Shown in pieces: positions 22,452-34,154 of a stretch of DNA of 64,000 bases. Both the position numbers and the translations under genes were made by a program. This DNA is from Halocafeteria seosinensis (lineage: Eukaryota), in the NCBI GenBank assembly GCA_001687465.1, contig LVLI01000194.1:248001-312000 (forward strand), read 5' to 3'. Each line of letters begins with the position of its first letter. Positions within the stretch are counted from its first letter, which is position 1. The notes under the pieces are model-generated. The model was not told where the DNA came from, did not search any database, and worked only from the letters and a program-made list of their open reading frames with translations.

Positions 22452-25400
22452 TTAGGACTGATCTAAGTTGTTCTTCGCGTATACTGCAATAGAATTCTCT
22501 GACTGCCCTTGTTCTTGCTCAAGGTTGTACGCCAGCGTCAATGTTTGCTGCACCCATGGCTGACCAATGCTTACGCCATGCTGCTTCATCAAGTCCTTTC
22601 CAAACACATCTGCTAGATCTCCCATCAAACCCGCTAGAGACATTACCAACTCATGAGATTGCCACTCTTGATTGTTGATCAGATCGTTGTAGCATCGTTT
22701 CATGAAATCTATGATTCCACCCTTTTGGTAGAGGTAGGGTTTGATTTCTTCGACTTCAACAGTGCGGACACTTCCAGTGTCGTCTTTGTACGCCATACAG
22801 ATAGACACATACGAATCTGAAAAAGCAGATGATCAGCAGGTAAGTACACCACCACGTCAACTTTCACTCACTCAGTATACTTACCGCACAGTTCCTTCCT
22901 TAAATTCAAAACGTATTCTTGCTCATCTTCGTCATCCTCTGGGAAGTCAACACCCTGTGCGGGGAATGAGCTGCTGCATTGAATGACGACCAAGGAGGCA
23001 CTAAACGTTGATACATACATTAAACAACAGTAACGTCTTCATAACGTAAGTGGCAAACTGATGAAACTGCACTCCAAGGGCGAGCGCTATGTCACCAATG
23101 GCTCCGAAAAGTGGTGGTTTGGCCGATTTATCTACATCAGCATCCTGTGTCGTCAAGGAGAGTAAACAGCACAAGTTTAACGCTAGTAACTCCAAAAAAC
23201 ACATTAATGGCACACTAACTTACGTGCAGAATTCTGAGCAATCTGTCAAGATACTCTGGAGCGTGACTTAGAATGTCAGGCCCCAATCCCCGGGCCATTT
23301 CACAAAGTAAATTGGCGGTGTGAATAACTAACTGATGATTATCGGAACGTTCAAGACACGCTATTGCGGACGTGTGCACGGTTTCGAAATAGGGCTTGAA
23401 ATCCCTTTCTAGAGCCCCAGCGACAGATCCCAGAGCCATCAACGCTTCTTCTTGACTTGTCGTGGAGTTGGAGTGCAGTACATTCAAAAAAAGTTGGACA
23501 GAGACATCGCCATTTGACATTGAGTTCCTTTTCGGGTAAGGTTGCTGTAAGATGGGAGCACCCAATGCAAGAACAAGACACTGAAGGACAGAGCACATCA
23601 CGATTTGTTGCCCCTCTAAACGTTGACGCTGGTCGGATACTATAGCCGACTCAGCCCTTAATTCTCCAATAGCTCGCTCAAGTTTCTCCAGGCATACGGG
23701 GAAGAGGTCCCGTAGAATGTGGTGCTCAGACGTCGGGGCCGTCTGGACTAGCATGGTAATCGTCTCAAAACAGGCACTTCTCAAATTGCTGTCCTCTGCG
23801 TCATCTCTCTCCGCCGCTTTGAATAACGCTTCCAAGAGATTACCATATGACCCGGAAAGCAAGTTTTGCTCTTTCGCACCACTCTCTTCACCTAGGTTCT
23901 CGGCCATGTTATGCAGGATCTGCAGCGAAACATACAGTAATAAAATGGGCCGCTCGACAAAAACTCTCTAAGGAGGATATGACATACATAACACCCGTTT
24001 AAAGCTACCTTCGGATCATCTTCTAACGTCGAATAAATACTGTGTAACGTTTGATGGAAGAAGGGTCCTGGTTGAGTGCTAGCTCCTGATTGAACTTCGC
24101 AAAGGTGCAAGAATGATTGCCAGTGACTGCTAACCATCATTCCCACTGCCCACGCGGATGTGTCTCTCACATAAACGTGTGGATCCTGCATTGTTCACAA
24201 AGCAACAATATACTATGCGGAGCTTAGTACGAAGCAAAGGGACAAAAAAACAAAAAAAAAATTGACTTACCCCGCGTTCACCATTCTCGTTACGTGCTAG
24301 TCTTTGCACAAGGGGTGGAAGTGCCTTTTGGACCACACTTGCCAAGCTTGATGAGTCTGGAGTTTCTAACAAACAGCCTAAAGCAAGAGTGGCTGCTTCT
24401 CGGTCTCTCCATTCTTGGTGCTGAAAGCCGTTTTCAATGTATTGTCCCATGTTCTGAAGAGCCTCCGCGCCATGGAGACGTGCAATCGTTTTCAGGAGCA
24501 CACCACCCATTGTAGCGACGTTAATTGTATCATCTTCTTGTTCTTCATCTTGTTTTTTTAGAATGAACTGTATCATCTGACAGAGATGAACCAAGGCCGC
24601 CTGTATGAAGCAACCTGAAGGTCCTTCAAGTTCTCCTTCAGCAATGTCAGCCTCAACCTGGACATCATAGCCAACGATATTCATTCTTTATGTGAAGCCC
24701 AATTAAGCTAGGACAGCGAGCCGATACTTACTTCAGCAATGCTGATCCAAAATTCGACTGCACTGGCAGCCACAGCCGGGTCGCTTTCGTTCTTTACAGT
24801 CGCTATTGTCGTGTGGAAGATCTTCTCCATGTAACTACCCATGAAATGGTAATATTGCTTTGCAGACAAGTTTAAGCAGGAATATGCCTGCAGCCGGACT
24901 TGCTGGTCACCATCTTCGGCGTTTCTCAGGAGCGAAGTCATAATGGCGTCTCTTTGCTTCTGGTCTTCGAAGTTCGGACCCGCAAAAAATAAGGCATGAT
25001 AAGCTGCCTGTGTCGCTGCCCTGAAAATATCTCGAACGCATCAACAATATTCTCCAGATACATCTTTAGGCACATTGCTTCACGACAACCTACCTTCTAA
25101 CACTAACATCTTCGCTATACATTCCCACCGACACAGTCACGTCAATAATTAACCTCGTGTGCTCCTCCTTAATCATGTCCAGATCCTGCACATACACACG
25201 AAACAAATCAGTGAACCGGACTCAAACAACAACTAGTGGATACAAAAATGACTTACCGCCTCATCACATATGTATCCTAGGCAGATAAGGCAGCCCGCTC
25301 GAGCGGTCGCTGAAATTTCCCCTTTGTCATTTCGGACTGCTGATACTAACTGAGGAATAACTTCGCCGAATTCCCCTGTTGGCAGTTCAACCAACGCAAT

Positions 25401-26190
25401 CTTGGCCAGTGCCTGTTTAGAGGAGATGGTAACATTATCCATAAAACAAGAAACAGTCAACATCAGTATCGGGAAACCGAGCCTACCTGAGCCACCGCTC
25501 GCGAAACAGCGGCATCCTGTTGAGCCAAGGTATTCAGTAACTGCAAAAGGAATCGTTGTGAAGAACAAGTGAATATCGATCAATTCAAAGCTGACGTTGA
25601 CACGGGATTGGCTTACATTCATTTTGACTTGCCCTTTAGTCTCATGGTCAATCTGCTTCCAGCGGTCCTGCTTCTTCCGAAGCTCAGTATTTCTGGATGA
25701 ATGGAGAGCATTCTTGAGCTGCAACGCAGCCAGCTGTCGGACTGCTGATGGGATTTGTTCGCCACCGCATACTATTGTGCTCAAAGTCTGGAAGAATTGA
25801 ACCTGTAAGGATAATTAGACTCCCATTTGAATTCCACTCTGGAGATAAATATCTTGTGAAATTCGAGTCTTACGGGATACTGCTGCTCGGCCTGTTGCAG
25901 AGTCTGCTCGCCGCTTGTACGCTGCTGGTGGTCTGAACACAGCAAACATACATATAAACACGGTCAAGTCACTTGAATACCATCGAAACAGGACTTGTCC
26001 TTTCGCCCCTATGGAAGGGGAAGAAAAACTACAAAAAGCACGGCGTGGGGGGCTTCCCTTTGCCCACCCCTTCGCGGATTAACCAGGGATACGTCCGACG
26101 TTTTTATAGCTTGAGAGAGTCTGAAGTCGCGACCAACAAAGTCATACCTGGTGAGAGAGCTTGCTGAAGCGCTTGCTCGATAGACGCCAT
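22452..26190 (-). CDS. KPNB1: Importin subunit beta-1 (karyopherin beta-1), about 12 exons
   Basis: MASIEQALQQALSP|DHQQRTSGEQTL, RQLAALQLKNAL, AVEFWISIAE, WRDREAATLALG, VRDTSAWAVG, NLRSACFETI and KPPLFGAIGDIALALG. All junctions checked are canonical and in frame. Confidence 0.94.
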
Positions 26191-26684
26191 TGTATCCTGC
26201 ACGAACGTCGTTATATCGATACCACGGAGAAATCGAGCGCCAAACTTCTTTAGTTGATGGCAACAATTCCTTTTCCGTGCCGACAACCACCACCTGTATC
26301 GGCGGCCACCTCCCCTTGTTCGTTGGAGCTATCAATAGTGTTCCAAGCAGCCCTGTGGCACCAGGTGCACAAAGCTACGGCTCAATTTTGGTGTCCTGCA
26401 TACGCCACTTTTCGGATCTCAAGACCAACTAAAGATTGTCATTTGGGAAGAAGTTGAAGTTGGCCGATGGCCATGCCGAGTCCATTTCGCCCATTTACTA
26501 CAAGAATCAATGGTTTCTCCTACCTGAAATAGAGACGGAACAAGGAAACGAGAGTGGGCTGTTAGTGCGTGAGGGTGAGAAGACGATGATATCCATCCAA
26601 ATCTCGGCGGAAAGTGCTCCTTTGGGAAGCAACCATAACCTCTTACTTATTATTCCACGTGCGTATTATATAGCATGTATATCT

Positions 26685-27419
26685 ATGGCTCAAGATAACT
26701 TTTCATATGTTTCCTCAGTTGTTGGCCTGGCGCTGATATTGGGCTTCTTGATATGGCTCGTGAGATCAGCTTCACAAGGCAAGGCGCCCGTCGGAAGAAT
26801 CCATGAGGAGGAAGAGGCAGCTCCGGCTGTCGAAGCCGAACGAATGGGTCCACACGGGAAGAATACGCGCCAACAAGCCGTGGAAGGAGAGCAGCCGACT
26901 CGAGCGCGTCGGCGGCGCAAACAACTTCGAGGCAGACAACGTGTCGAGAGCGAAGAACTTCCTGATACTTCCGAAGATGATAAGACCGAAATAGAACAAC
27001 ACAAAGAGGACGATAAAGAGACTGAACTTAGTGAAGAGCAGAAGCAGAAGGAAAGAGAACTAGAGCAGTGGGCTGCCAAAATAATGGTGAGTGGTGAAGG
27101 CGTCCAAACGCGTACGCCTGCAGAAGAGGAGGAGTTGGATGACCGCATACGAGCGGACTTGGAGCAACGCAAAATTGTCGATCTTGCCCAGTGTGCGGCG
27201 GATCACTCTATTAACGTTCATGATTGCATAAAAAGGATAGAAAGGATAAAATCACGGGGGATGATTCAAGGGCTGTTCGATGATCGTGGTCGTTTCATGC
27301 TGGTCACAGAACAGGAAATGGAAAGTGTAGCAACGTATATTAAAGAAGAAGGGAGAGTATCGACAAAATCGTTGGTAAACAAAAGCAATGAATTAGTGGA
27401 TGCGAACCGACCGGGGTGA
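26685..27419 (+). CDS. DDRGK1: DDRGK domain-containing protein 1 (UFBP1, UFMylation adaptor), single exon
   Basis: N-terminal TM helix, charged coiled coil, and a winged-helix region IQGLFDDRGRFMLVTEQEMESVATYIKEEGRVS. The first ATG is at 26685. Confidence 0.92.
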   Translation: MAQDNFSYVSSVVGLALILGFLIWLVRSASQGKAPVGRIHEEEEAAPAVEAERMGPHGKNTRQQAVEGEQPTRARRRRKQLRGRQRVESEELPDTSEDDKTEIEQHKEDDKETELSEEQKQKERELEQWAAKIMVSGEGVQTRTPAEEEELDDRIRADLEQRKIVDLAQCAADHSINVHDCIKRIERIKSRGMIQGLFDDRGRFMLVTEQEMESVATYIKEEGRVSTKSLVNKSNELVDANRPG

Positions 27420-27431
27420 CTCATGATTTTG

Positions 27432-30400
27432 TTATCTTTCCGCTCGCCTCTGCTGCTTTGTTCTGCCATCGGAGTGTTCGATGCTGAGTCTGGTTGTAGC
27501 GGACCAAAGACTACGAGTTAACTCCTCCCATGACGGTGGCAAAGAATGTGCCAGCAGCTCTCGCTGAAATCGTTGAGACAGTGCTCTTAATGCTACTTGT
27601 TTCTCTCTAATGTTTGTTGCTGCGGGCCTCAGCAGAACCGCAGGAGCCGAGTAATGTATCCCGAATCCAGCAGAGGACGGTTCGTTTGCAAACACAGTTA
27701 AAGCGTCTCGAGAGTCAGTATCGTACGCAGGTTTTGATGCAGATATACTTCGGCACTGCAATAAGATGGTACGTGAGTCTCTTGGTCTACTCCTTCTTAA
27801 GCGCTGCAATGATACAGTGCGTCGGTCGATCTCTCCTTGTGCGATTCTAAAAACGGTGGTACTGAGCGTATCGTATCCGGCGACGGTATGTGGGCTTAAG
27901 TCGTTCAGAGTATGGGGATTCATCGGGATATCCCTCGTCATGTACTCCGGCATGTTCAACTCTCTCAGAGGAGCCTCGTTAATGTCATGGACTAACCTCA
28001 TGTCTATGCTAAAGTTGCTCACCCCTTCGAGTCCCGCTCGAGTTAGATCTGTCATATACTTGTCAAGGTGTGCTGGCTGACCCATATAGGAAAATTTTGC
28101 AACTTCTGTAGTAAGCTCCCTTGCTCTTCCTTGTGTAGCCCCACTCTGGGTTATCCGGCTTTTATGCACTCGGCTTACTTGAAACAATTGGCCGACGAGA
28201 TGAGGCGGGAAAAGAAAGCTTAGAACCTTATACAATGGATAAGTATCTATGAGTTCTTCCTCAAACCGGGAAAGCTCCTTCAAGAAGAGTCGATACTGTC
28301 CTTCGTCCTGAAGAAAATAGCTCGTGGGAATGCGGTAAACTCGAACACCACCTGCTGACAGAGTGGAGCCAGAGATCGGGTTGGCCTGCTCCAGTTCCTC
28401 CAGCTTTTGGGGCGTATTGATAACTTTAGGAGGGCCTCCGGCCACAATTTCAAACAAATGAGTCCCTGTTGACAGTGCGTACTGAAGCCCGTACGCGGCA
28501 CCGGGGTATACCCTTCCCATGTATGCATCGCAATTAAGCCTGGTCTTCAGATTTCCTGCTGAGTATCGCTCTTCTTCCCAAAGTACCATTGTGCTGTCTT
28601 GGAACTGCTCGGAGAGATGTCCAACACTGTCATGAGCATTCCGGTTAGCTGCTTCTATTTGGGTGGACTGTTTGAGAGCCTCCTCTGAGATGGTGGAATA
28701 TTCGCTAGTATCGGATGTAGCGGAATGTGCCTCTTGTGATTGTTCTTGTAATGTTGAAGTCACCCTGGATTGGATGTGGGAGCAACCACTTGGTTGTCGG
28801 TTTTCTCCACAGAAGTGCAGTCTGTGATAGAGCTCCATAGTGCCGGACACCACAATGAGTACTTCATTCGTTGGAGATCCCTGTTTTTCAATTAACGCGT
28901 GCGGCTCGTATTCCGTTGGTAGACATGCTGCGCCAATCTTTAGTAGCTTTCCTCGCTCCATCCCATGAAAAATGGGGACTCTAGATAACAGGTTTGCCCT
29001 ATGACTAACTACGCTTTGGGCGATGAGCTTCAGCTCCGATAAAAACGTTGGTACATCAAGCCGAAGACTGGCTGGCTCTATATTCGCTTCAGGGACTGAA
29101 GCAACACTCGCCCAGCAAAATGGAGTGCTTATATCGTGCATATACTGGTTCTCGAGATGCAATTTGCGGTTCTCTGGGCAGTAAGTTCCTGCGTAGTGAA
29201 TGTTTCCGCACTTCAAGAATGGATCGGTTTTCTTTTCACCGGAAAATGCTCCCCATATGTGTCCTTTGCAGAAACGGGTTGAAGAATCGTTAAGAGTCAC
29301 GTTGACGCATCCGCTCAGCATGAGTATGCAAGTTTGCTGGAGGTTAACCCTCTCGTCTAATGTAGGTTCGCATCTGTCCTTCATTCCCCCTGGATTGAAA
29401 ACAACGGCACTTGCCGCCTTCGTCAGAACCCTCAACTGGGAATTGGTAAGAGCAAATGCCGATACTAAGGGAATGGTCTGTAAGATCCCAGCGATGAGCC
29501 CAATTTGGTTGTCGGATCGCATTCGAGAAGGCTTTTGCAGAGCCTTCCAAAGCAATTCTTGTCCAGAAGATGAATATTCGCGAACTAAATGAGAGCTTGG
29601 TGATTGGCAAACTGTTGGCAACAGACTCCCCATTGAATCAAACCGGTCGATCCCGATGTCGCTGTTGTCATCTCGAACTATAGGAATATGGTCAGTAGCC
29701 GGTGGGGGTTCTTGGTCTAATTCTGTTGCTTCAGGGGCAGTCGATGGCCTTCTTGCGTCTGTTTTGAGGTTCACCACTTGGTGGCTTGAGGCATACGAAT
29801 GGAAATCTTCTCTCCTATCTAGCCAAATGGGAAACGTGCTCAGCTGAAACGCCGCTCGCAACGACACGGGCTTACTAAGTAGCCTTACCTCTTCGTTGAT
29901 ACGAGCCAGTTGGTCTTTTCTAGACTTATCGAAGTCAATCTCGCATTTCGCTGATACGGGTTGACTAATGAAATTGGACGATAAATCAAGGATGCTTCTT
30001 TTGCTCATTGATCTATCCAACAGCTGGCTACGATGTCTAGCCAGTTTTGACTTCAAACTCTGTACTGCTTCCTGTTTCCATCGATGTACAACGGCATCCA
30101 TGCCGGCGCTGCCCGCACTTGAGGCCCTTCGGAGACTTGATTTTCTAGTCATCTTGTGGGCAGTCTCTTGTGCCCGTCGCTTCTGGAGGAATGCCTCACT
30201 TTCCACGAATTTAACACTGTACATGTCCCGTGGTGGTGTCAAGAGTGCCATTATCTCAAGTTGCTCCTTTAGTCGTTGAGAGACCCTGGTATGTGTATAT
30301 TCTGCCACCTCCTCCGTATTCTCTTTGTCTAAGGCCCTAAGTGTTGCAGCCCGTGCTTTCACAGCTGCACGGATGCTGTAACTCTTTCGTTTTCCGTATC

Positions 30401-31775
30401 CCGTCAGGTACTTCCTGAGGGAATTAGGTATAATTGTAAGACTTTCTTGGTCTGCTTCGGAATTCTGAAGGAGAGGTATATCATAGGAACTATGTGGATG
30501 TGCTTGTTGCTCTTTATCATTGTCCATCACCTGATTAATTGCAAACGGATCCTCGCCAACGCTTTCAATATCTTCGCTGGAAATCGAGGAGGAATCTCGT
30601 TCCGAATCGTCTTCTGCAAAAGACGATACTGTAGCAGCTGCCAACAGTGCTCTCTTGAACGATTTACTTCTGTTTAGAGCTTGCCGTGACAGGCGAAATG
30701 AAGAAGACTTGCTTGGCACTATTCCAGAGCGTCTTTTGGCGGAAGGCTGATACTGCTCAATCACAAGTTTTGCATACTGATCTTTCACTCGAGCGGGAAT
30801 TCTGGAGCTGTCTTCGTCTTTCAATTCTTGTGGAAGCAGAGCTGGTCGCCCAAGTCGTGGAAGCGAGATAGGGTCAATATCAGTACCCTCGTGGTGAACG
30901 GCTACTGAGGCTTCGCCAAGGCTATAAAGTCTTTCATAAACATTCGATACATCTGGCGTCGTACCCATTTCATCTCGTATTTGTTGCGTCATTGATTGTT
31001 CAGTCCGAAGTCGTTTTGCCTTTAGGTGTTTCAGACGGCGAACTAGTTCTCTCCATTTGTCTCGGATCACGTACTCATACAGCAAGTTAAATCCTGTATC
31101 TGATATGCTCTTTCGTTTCCTTCGCCTTGCTGTCGGCGCACTGCGTGGTCTCAATACTTCTTCGTTTGCTGTTATGTTGTAGGGGTCCCTGAAGAGTGCT
31201 GGGTCGTTTGAGTATACCAAGTGAAATAGCGTTTTCATATGAATTGACGATATCTCGTTCATATCTCCTAAAGCTAAAAATCCAAGATCGGTCCCTTGAG
31301 TTGGGTCTGCTCCGTTGCTCCCACATTGCTCTTCAGCTAGCCGTAGTTTGAGGTCATTCATTTCAGGTAACGGAGAGTTGCTGGGTAAAGGTCCAAGTGG
31401 CCGTGTTTTGGAACCCTCCTCACCTTCAGTGATGGCAACCTCCTTCGGGGATGTTGGGCGATTTATGCGAATAGGAGATAGAATAGGCTTCATTTTGGGC
31501 TCTCTCTTCTCGGACTCGGATTGTGTAAGGGCTCGTTGGCGTCGAAATTTTTTCACATACGAATTTGTTTTACTTTTGCTGCCGGCGCTTTGCTGCAGTC
31601 TTCTAGTTCTAGACGATCCCTTTGCCAGAGTACTCTGGGCCTTACAAGATATAGACATGGGGCTTTCCAACGTACGTCTAGAGGTATGGCGCCGACGAAT
31701 CGGGCTCAACAGAATGTGGCCACTGGCATCCGATTGCAGTTCTCGCCTGTCAGTTAATTTCGGAAGTACCGACAT
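27432..31775 (-). CDS. Large intronless protein with two divergent cyclic-nucleotide-binding (cNMP/CAP_ED) domains, CNBD2-like
   Basis: Open frame of about 1450 codons containing LQKPSRMRSDNQIGLIAGILQTIP...MLSGCVNV...GHIWG and LLSRVPIFHGMERGKLLKI...HALIEKQGSPTNEVLIVVSGTMEL. The start is uncertain (ATG at 31775). Confidence 0.75.
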   Translation of the reverse strand: MSVLPKLTDRRELQSDASGHILLSPIRRRHTSRRTLESPMSISCKAQSTLAKGSSRTRRLQQSAGSKSKTNSYVKKFRRQRALTQSESEKREPKMKPILSPIRINRPTSPKEVAITEGEEGSKTRPLGPLPSNSPLPEMNDLKLRLAEEQCGSNGADPTQGTDLGFLALGDMNEISSIHMKTLFHLVYSNDPALFRDPYNITANEEVLRPRSAPTARRRKRKSISDTGFNLLYEYVIRDKWRELVRRLKHLKAKRLRTEQSMTQQIRDEMGTTPDVSNVYERLYSLGEASVAVHHEGTDIDPISLPRLGRPALLPQELKDEDSSRIPARVKDQYAKLVIEQYQPSAKRRSGIVPSKSSSFRLSRQALNRSKSFKRALLAAATVSSFAEDDSERDSSSISSEDIESVGEDPFAINQVMDNDKEQQAHPHSSYDIPLLQNSEADQESLTIIPNSLRKYLTGYGKRKSYSIRAAVKARAATLRALDKENTEEVAEYTHTRVSQRLKEQLEIMALLTPPRDMYSVKFVESEAFLQKRRAQETAHKMTRKSSLRRASSAGSAGMDAVVHRWKQEAVQSLKSKLARHRSQLLDRSMSKRSILDLSSNFISQPVSAKCEIDFDKSRKDQLARINEEVRLLSKPVSLRAAFQLSTFPIWLDRREDFHSYASSHQVVNLKTDARRPSTAPEATELDQEPPPATDHIPIVRDDNSDIGIDRFDSMGSLLPTVCQSPSSHLVREYSSSGQELLWKALQKPSRMRSDNQIGLIAGILQTIPLVSAFALTNSQLRVLTKAASAVVFNPGGMKDRCEPTLDERVNLQQTCILMLSGCVNVTLNDSSTRFCKGHIWGAFSGEKKTDPFLKCGNIHYAGTYCPENRKLHLENQYMHDISTPFCWASVASVPEANIEPASLRLDVPTFLSELKLIAQSVVSHRANLLSRVPIFHGMERGKLLKIGAACLPTEYEPHALIEKQGSPTNEVLIVVSGTMELYHRLHFCGENRQPSGCSHIQSRVTSTLQEQSQEAHSATSDTSEYSTISEEALKQSTQIEAANRNAHDSVGHLSEQFQDSTMVLWEEERYSAGNLKTRLNCDAYMGRVYPGAAYGLQYALSTGTHLFEIVAGGPPKVINTPQKLEELEQANPISGSTLSAGGVRVYRIPTSYFLQDEGQYRLFLKELSRFEEELIDTYPLYKVLSFLFPPHLVGQLFQVSRVHKSRITQSGATQGRARELTTEVAKFSYMGQPAHLDKYMTDLTRAGLEGVSNFSIDMRLVHDINEAPLRELNMPEYMTRDIPMNPHTLNDLSPHTVAGYDTLSTTVFRIAQGEIDRRTVSLQRLRRSRPRDSRTILLQCRSISASKPAYDTDSRDALTVFANEPSSAGFGIHYSAPAVLLRPAATNIREKQVALRALSQRFQRELLAHSLPPSWEELTRSLWSATTRLSIEHSDGRTKQQRRAER

Positions 31776-32763
31776 CGTCCTAATTTTCCTTCCTATAAAA
31801 AGCCAAATCGACAACACTGGGGCATCTACCACCCTGGGTAGCTGATTATCAGCTGTTTACAAAACATTCTTGACGTTGAAACTAATACAGTGGTAACGCC
31901 GAACTACTCGGTATTGATTCTACCCTGCCAGGTAACCCTGGAGTATAATTTACAGTGTAAAGCTCTACCGAAATTGATTGGGTACCCATGCATCAGCCGT
32001 AGAAAGTTTTACTGTCATAATTATCCGAAAGCTCCTCAATATGCAAGAGCGTGTAGTCGGCAGAAGCAGGCGGCCCAGCCGGAAGCGATAAGGACATCGA
32101 AACGATCAGCAAATACCGTATCTATGAGGATTCTCGCAACGACTTGACACAGGCTGACAGTCAGTTGCCATAGGCTCTTTCGGGGCAATCTCTTATGGTG
32201 GCGAAGATCAGGCGATTTTGGACCATCGCAGTACCGCCCTTTTCGTTCGTCAATAGACCCATGTGCGGCGTTTCATTTAGTTGCGACTTACGCTAGTAAT
32301 CAAAAGAATGAGCCTAGACAACAGTACGAGGATGCCTTCATTGGTACGTGATGAGGGCCTAATGAAACCTCTAGAATTGCAAGCTCCCAACAAGATGCGT
32401 TGCAAATTAATCACACGTTCACTGAAGTCTGTTAAAGGCAAACTCAATACATGTAAAATTAATTCGATCATAGTTGTTCTGAATTTTATAGGCTATGGAT
32501 AGAAAAGGATTCAACCTTATCTATTGGCATCCATCCTCGGAAGCACGTCACTGTACTTGGCGATCGTGTAACCTTACCGGAAGTTACATATTTCGTGTGC
32601 TGCAGTACTATGGCATAGCCATTCTCGCTAAAAAACTACAGAACAGTCCCTAAATTTAATGCGGTACCCTCTCTCTTTTGGTTCTTGTCAAATATTGATC
32701 TCTCTCCCAAGCAAAGCCGGTGCACAACGTACTCGTATCACGATTTCTATCCCCCGGGAAGCT

Positions 32764-34154
32764 CTAAAAGTCCCCCTTAGCCAGCGCTGACTTTTTGGCA
32801 CAATTCTCTCCATAGAAACCTTTGAAACATTGACACTGACCGTTGGCATGGTTACAGAGTCCTCTATTGGAGCAATCTACGTGGCATTTGTTAAAATTTG
32901 AAGCCGACGAGGCCTGACCACAGTTCGCTCCTGTTCCAGTAGGCTTAATGCAATTATCCGGACCCTTCTTATCTTCTCCCCAAGTATTACTTGAGAACTC
33001 TGTCTTACAGTCATCTATGTTCTTGCACTCTTCAGTTTCTAGGACGTCATATTTTGGATCCCCTGTTGCGGGTGTGGAGAAAGGAGGTGGAAAATTCGAG
33101 TCTTCTGTGAGCTCAAATGAAAATCAGTTCTGCACATACCGTCATCATCCAGAGGTCCTCTCCAAACATCCCCGTTATCATCATGAAGGAAACAGTTCTC
33201 CTCATTGCGAGACGTGAGAGGGTCGTCACCAGAAGGACAATGCTCTGCAGCCACAAAAAGTCTAGAGGGCATAAGTCCTAATGAGAGTTCTTGTTGTTAC
33301 GTACGAAGCGAGCAATCTGGTCCAAAGAATTGCGGGGTTTGCTTTTCATTGGCTCCATACCCAACTTTCCATGAGGAATCGCAAACGCATGCGTATATCT
33401 TATCTTCATCCCATGTTGTTTCTTCCGGATCTCCTCCGTACTCACCATCGTTGTGTCCAAACGGGAAAGCATTTGGCTCTGTGTGAATATCCTTAATGCG
33501 AAGACATTTTCCATGTCCGCTACAGTCATTAGGACAAACAGCTGCTCGTGCTCAAAATAGTGGTACTGGTGTCCGCATTTCTTATATCAAGATTTGCAGA
33601 AATTTACATACTTCGTTGACATGCATGTCCTGCAAAACCAGCGAAGCAGCTACATCTTCCTGTGTCTCGATTGCATTTTCCGGCATTACTGCATTCAGCT
33701 AATTTGTGGGCTGACTTCGCCCCGGTAGGCATATCTACCCAAGCGTTTCCTGTCGAGAGAAGATAAAAATCACAATCCTAATCGAAGAGGGTGTCTCAGT
33801 GCTTTAAAGTCTCTTCATACCTGGTGGGCATACACCTGCAATGTTGGACGAAGGTAAGAGTAAAGTAAGTTGTATCACGAGGCATATGATGTACTTACGC
33901 TTACTACAGTCCGGTATTTGAACCGAGGTTATGTCTCGCTTGGAGCCAAAGCCGTCAAAGCATTCGCATGATCTAGTTTTGAAGTCACATCTCCCATTGC
34001 CATTGCATCCATTGAGATGCTCACAATTCCCAACCACGGATTGTGTCGTGACGGCCCTCACTGGCGACAAGAGGTGAGTGCACGACCAGACAGCTACGCA
34101 GAGATAAATTATCGCCAGCAGTCTCATGCCATTTCCTTGGTCAATTTGCGTCAT
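32764..34154 (-). CDS. Secreted EGF-repeat tubular mastigoneme (flagellar hair) protein, Sig/OCM/Mas family
   Basis: Signal peptide MRLLAIIYLCVAVW. Spliced product contains CEHLNGCNGNGRC, AWVDMP...AHKLAECSNAGKCNRDTGRCSCFAGFAGHACQR, CPNDCSGHGKC, WDEDKIYACVCDSSW, FGPDCSL|RHCPSGDDP and CHVDCSNRGLCNHANGQCQCFKGFYGENC. Confidence 0.85.

Noticed and set aside
26436..26684. N-terminal extension of DDRGK1 shown in the ORF track
   Set aside because: It starts at a non-ATG codon in the KPNB1/DDRGK1 promoter. The ATG at 26685 places the signal-anchor helix at the N-terminus, as expected for the family.
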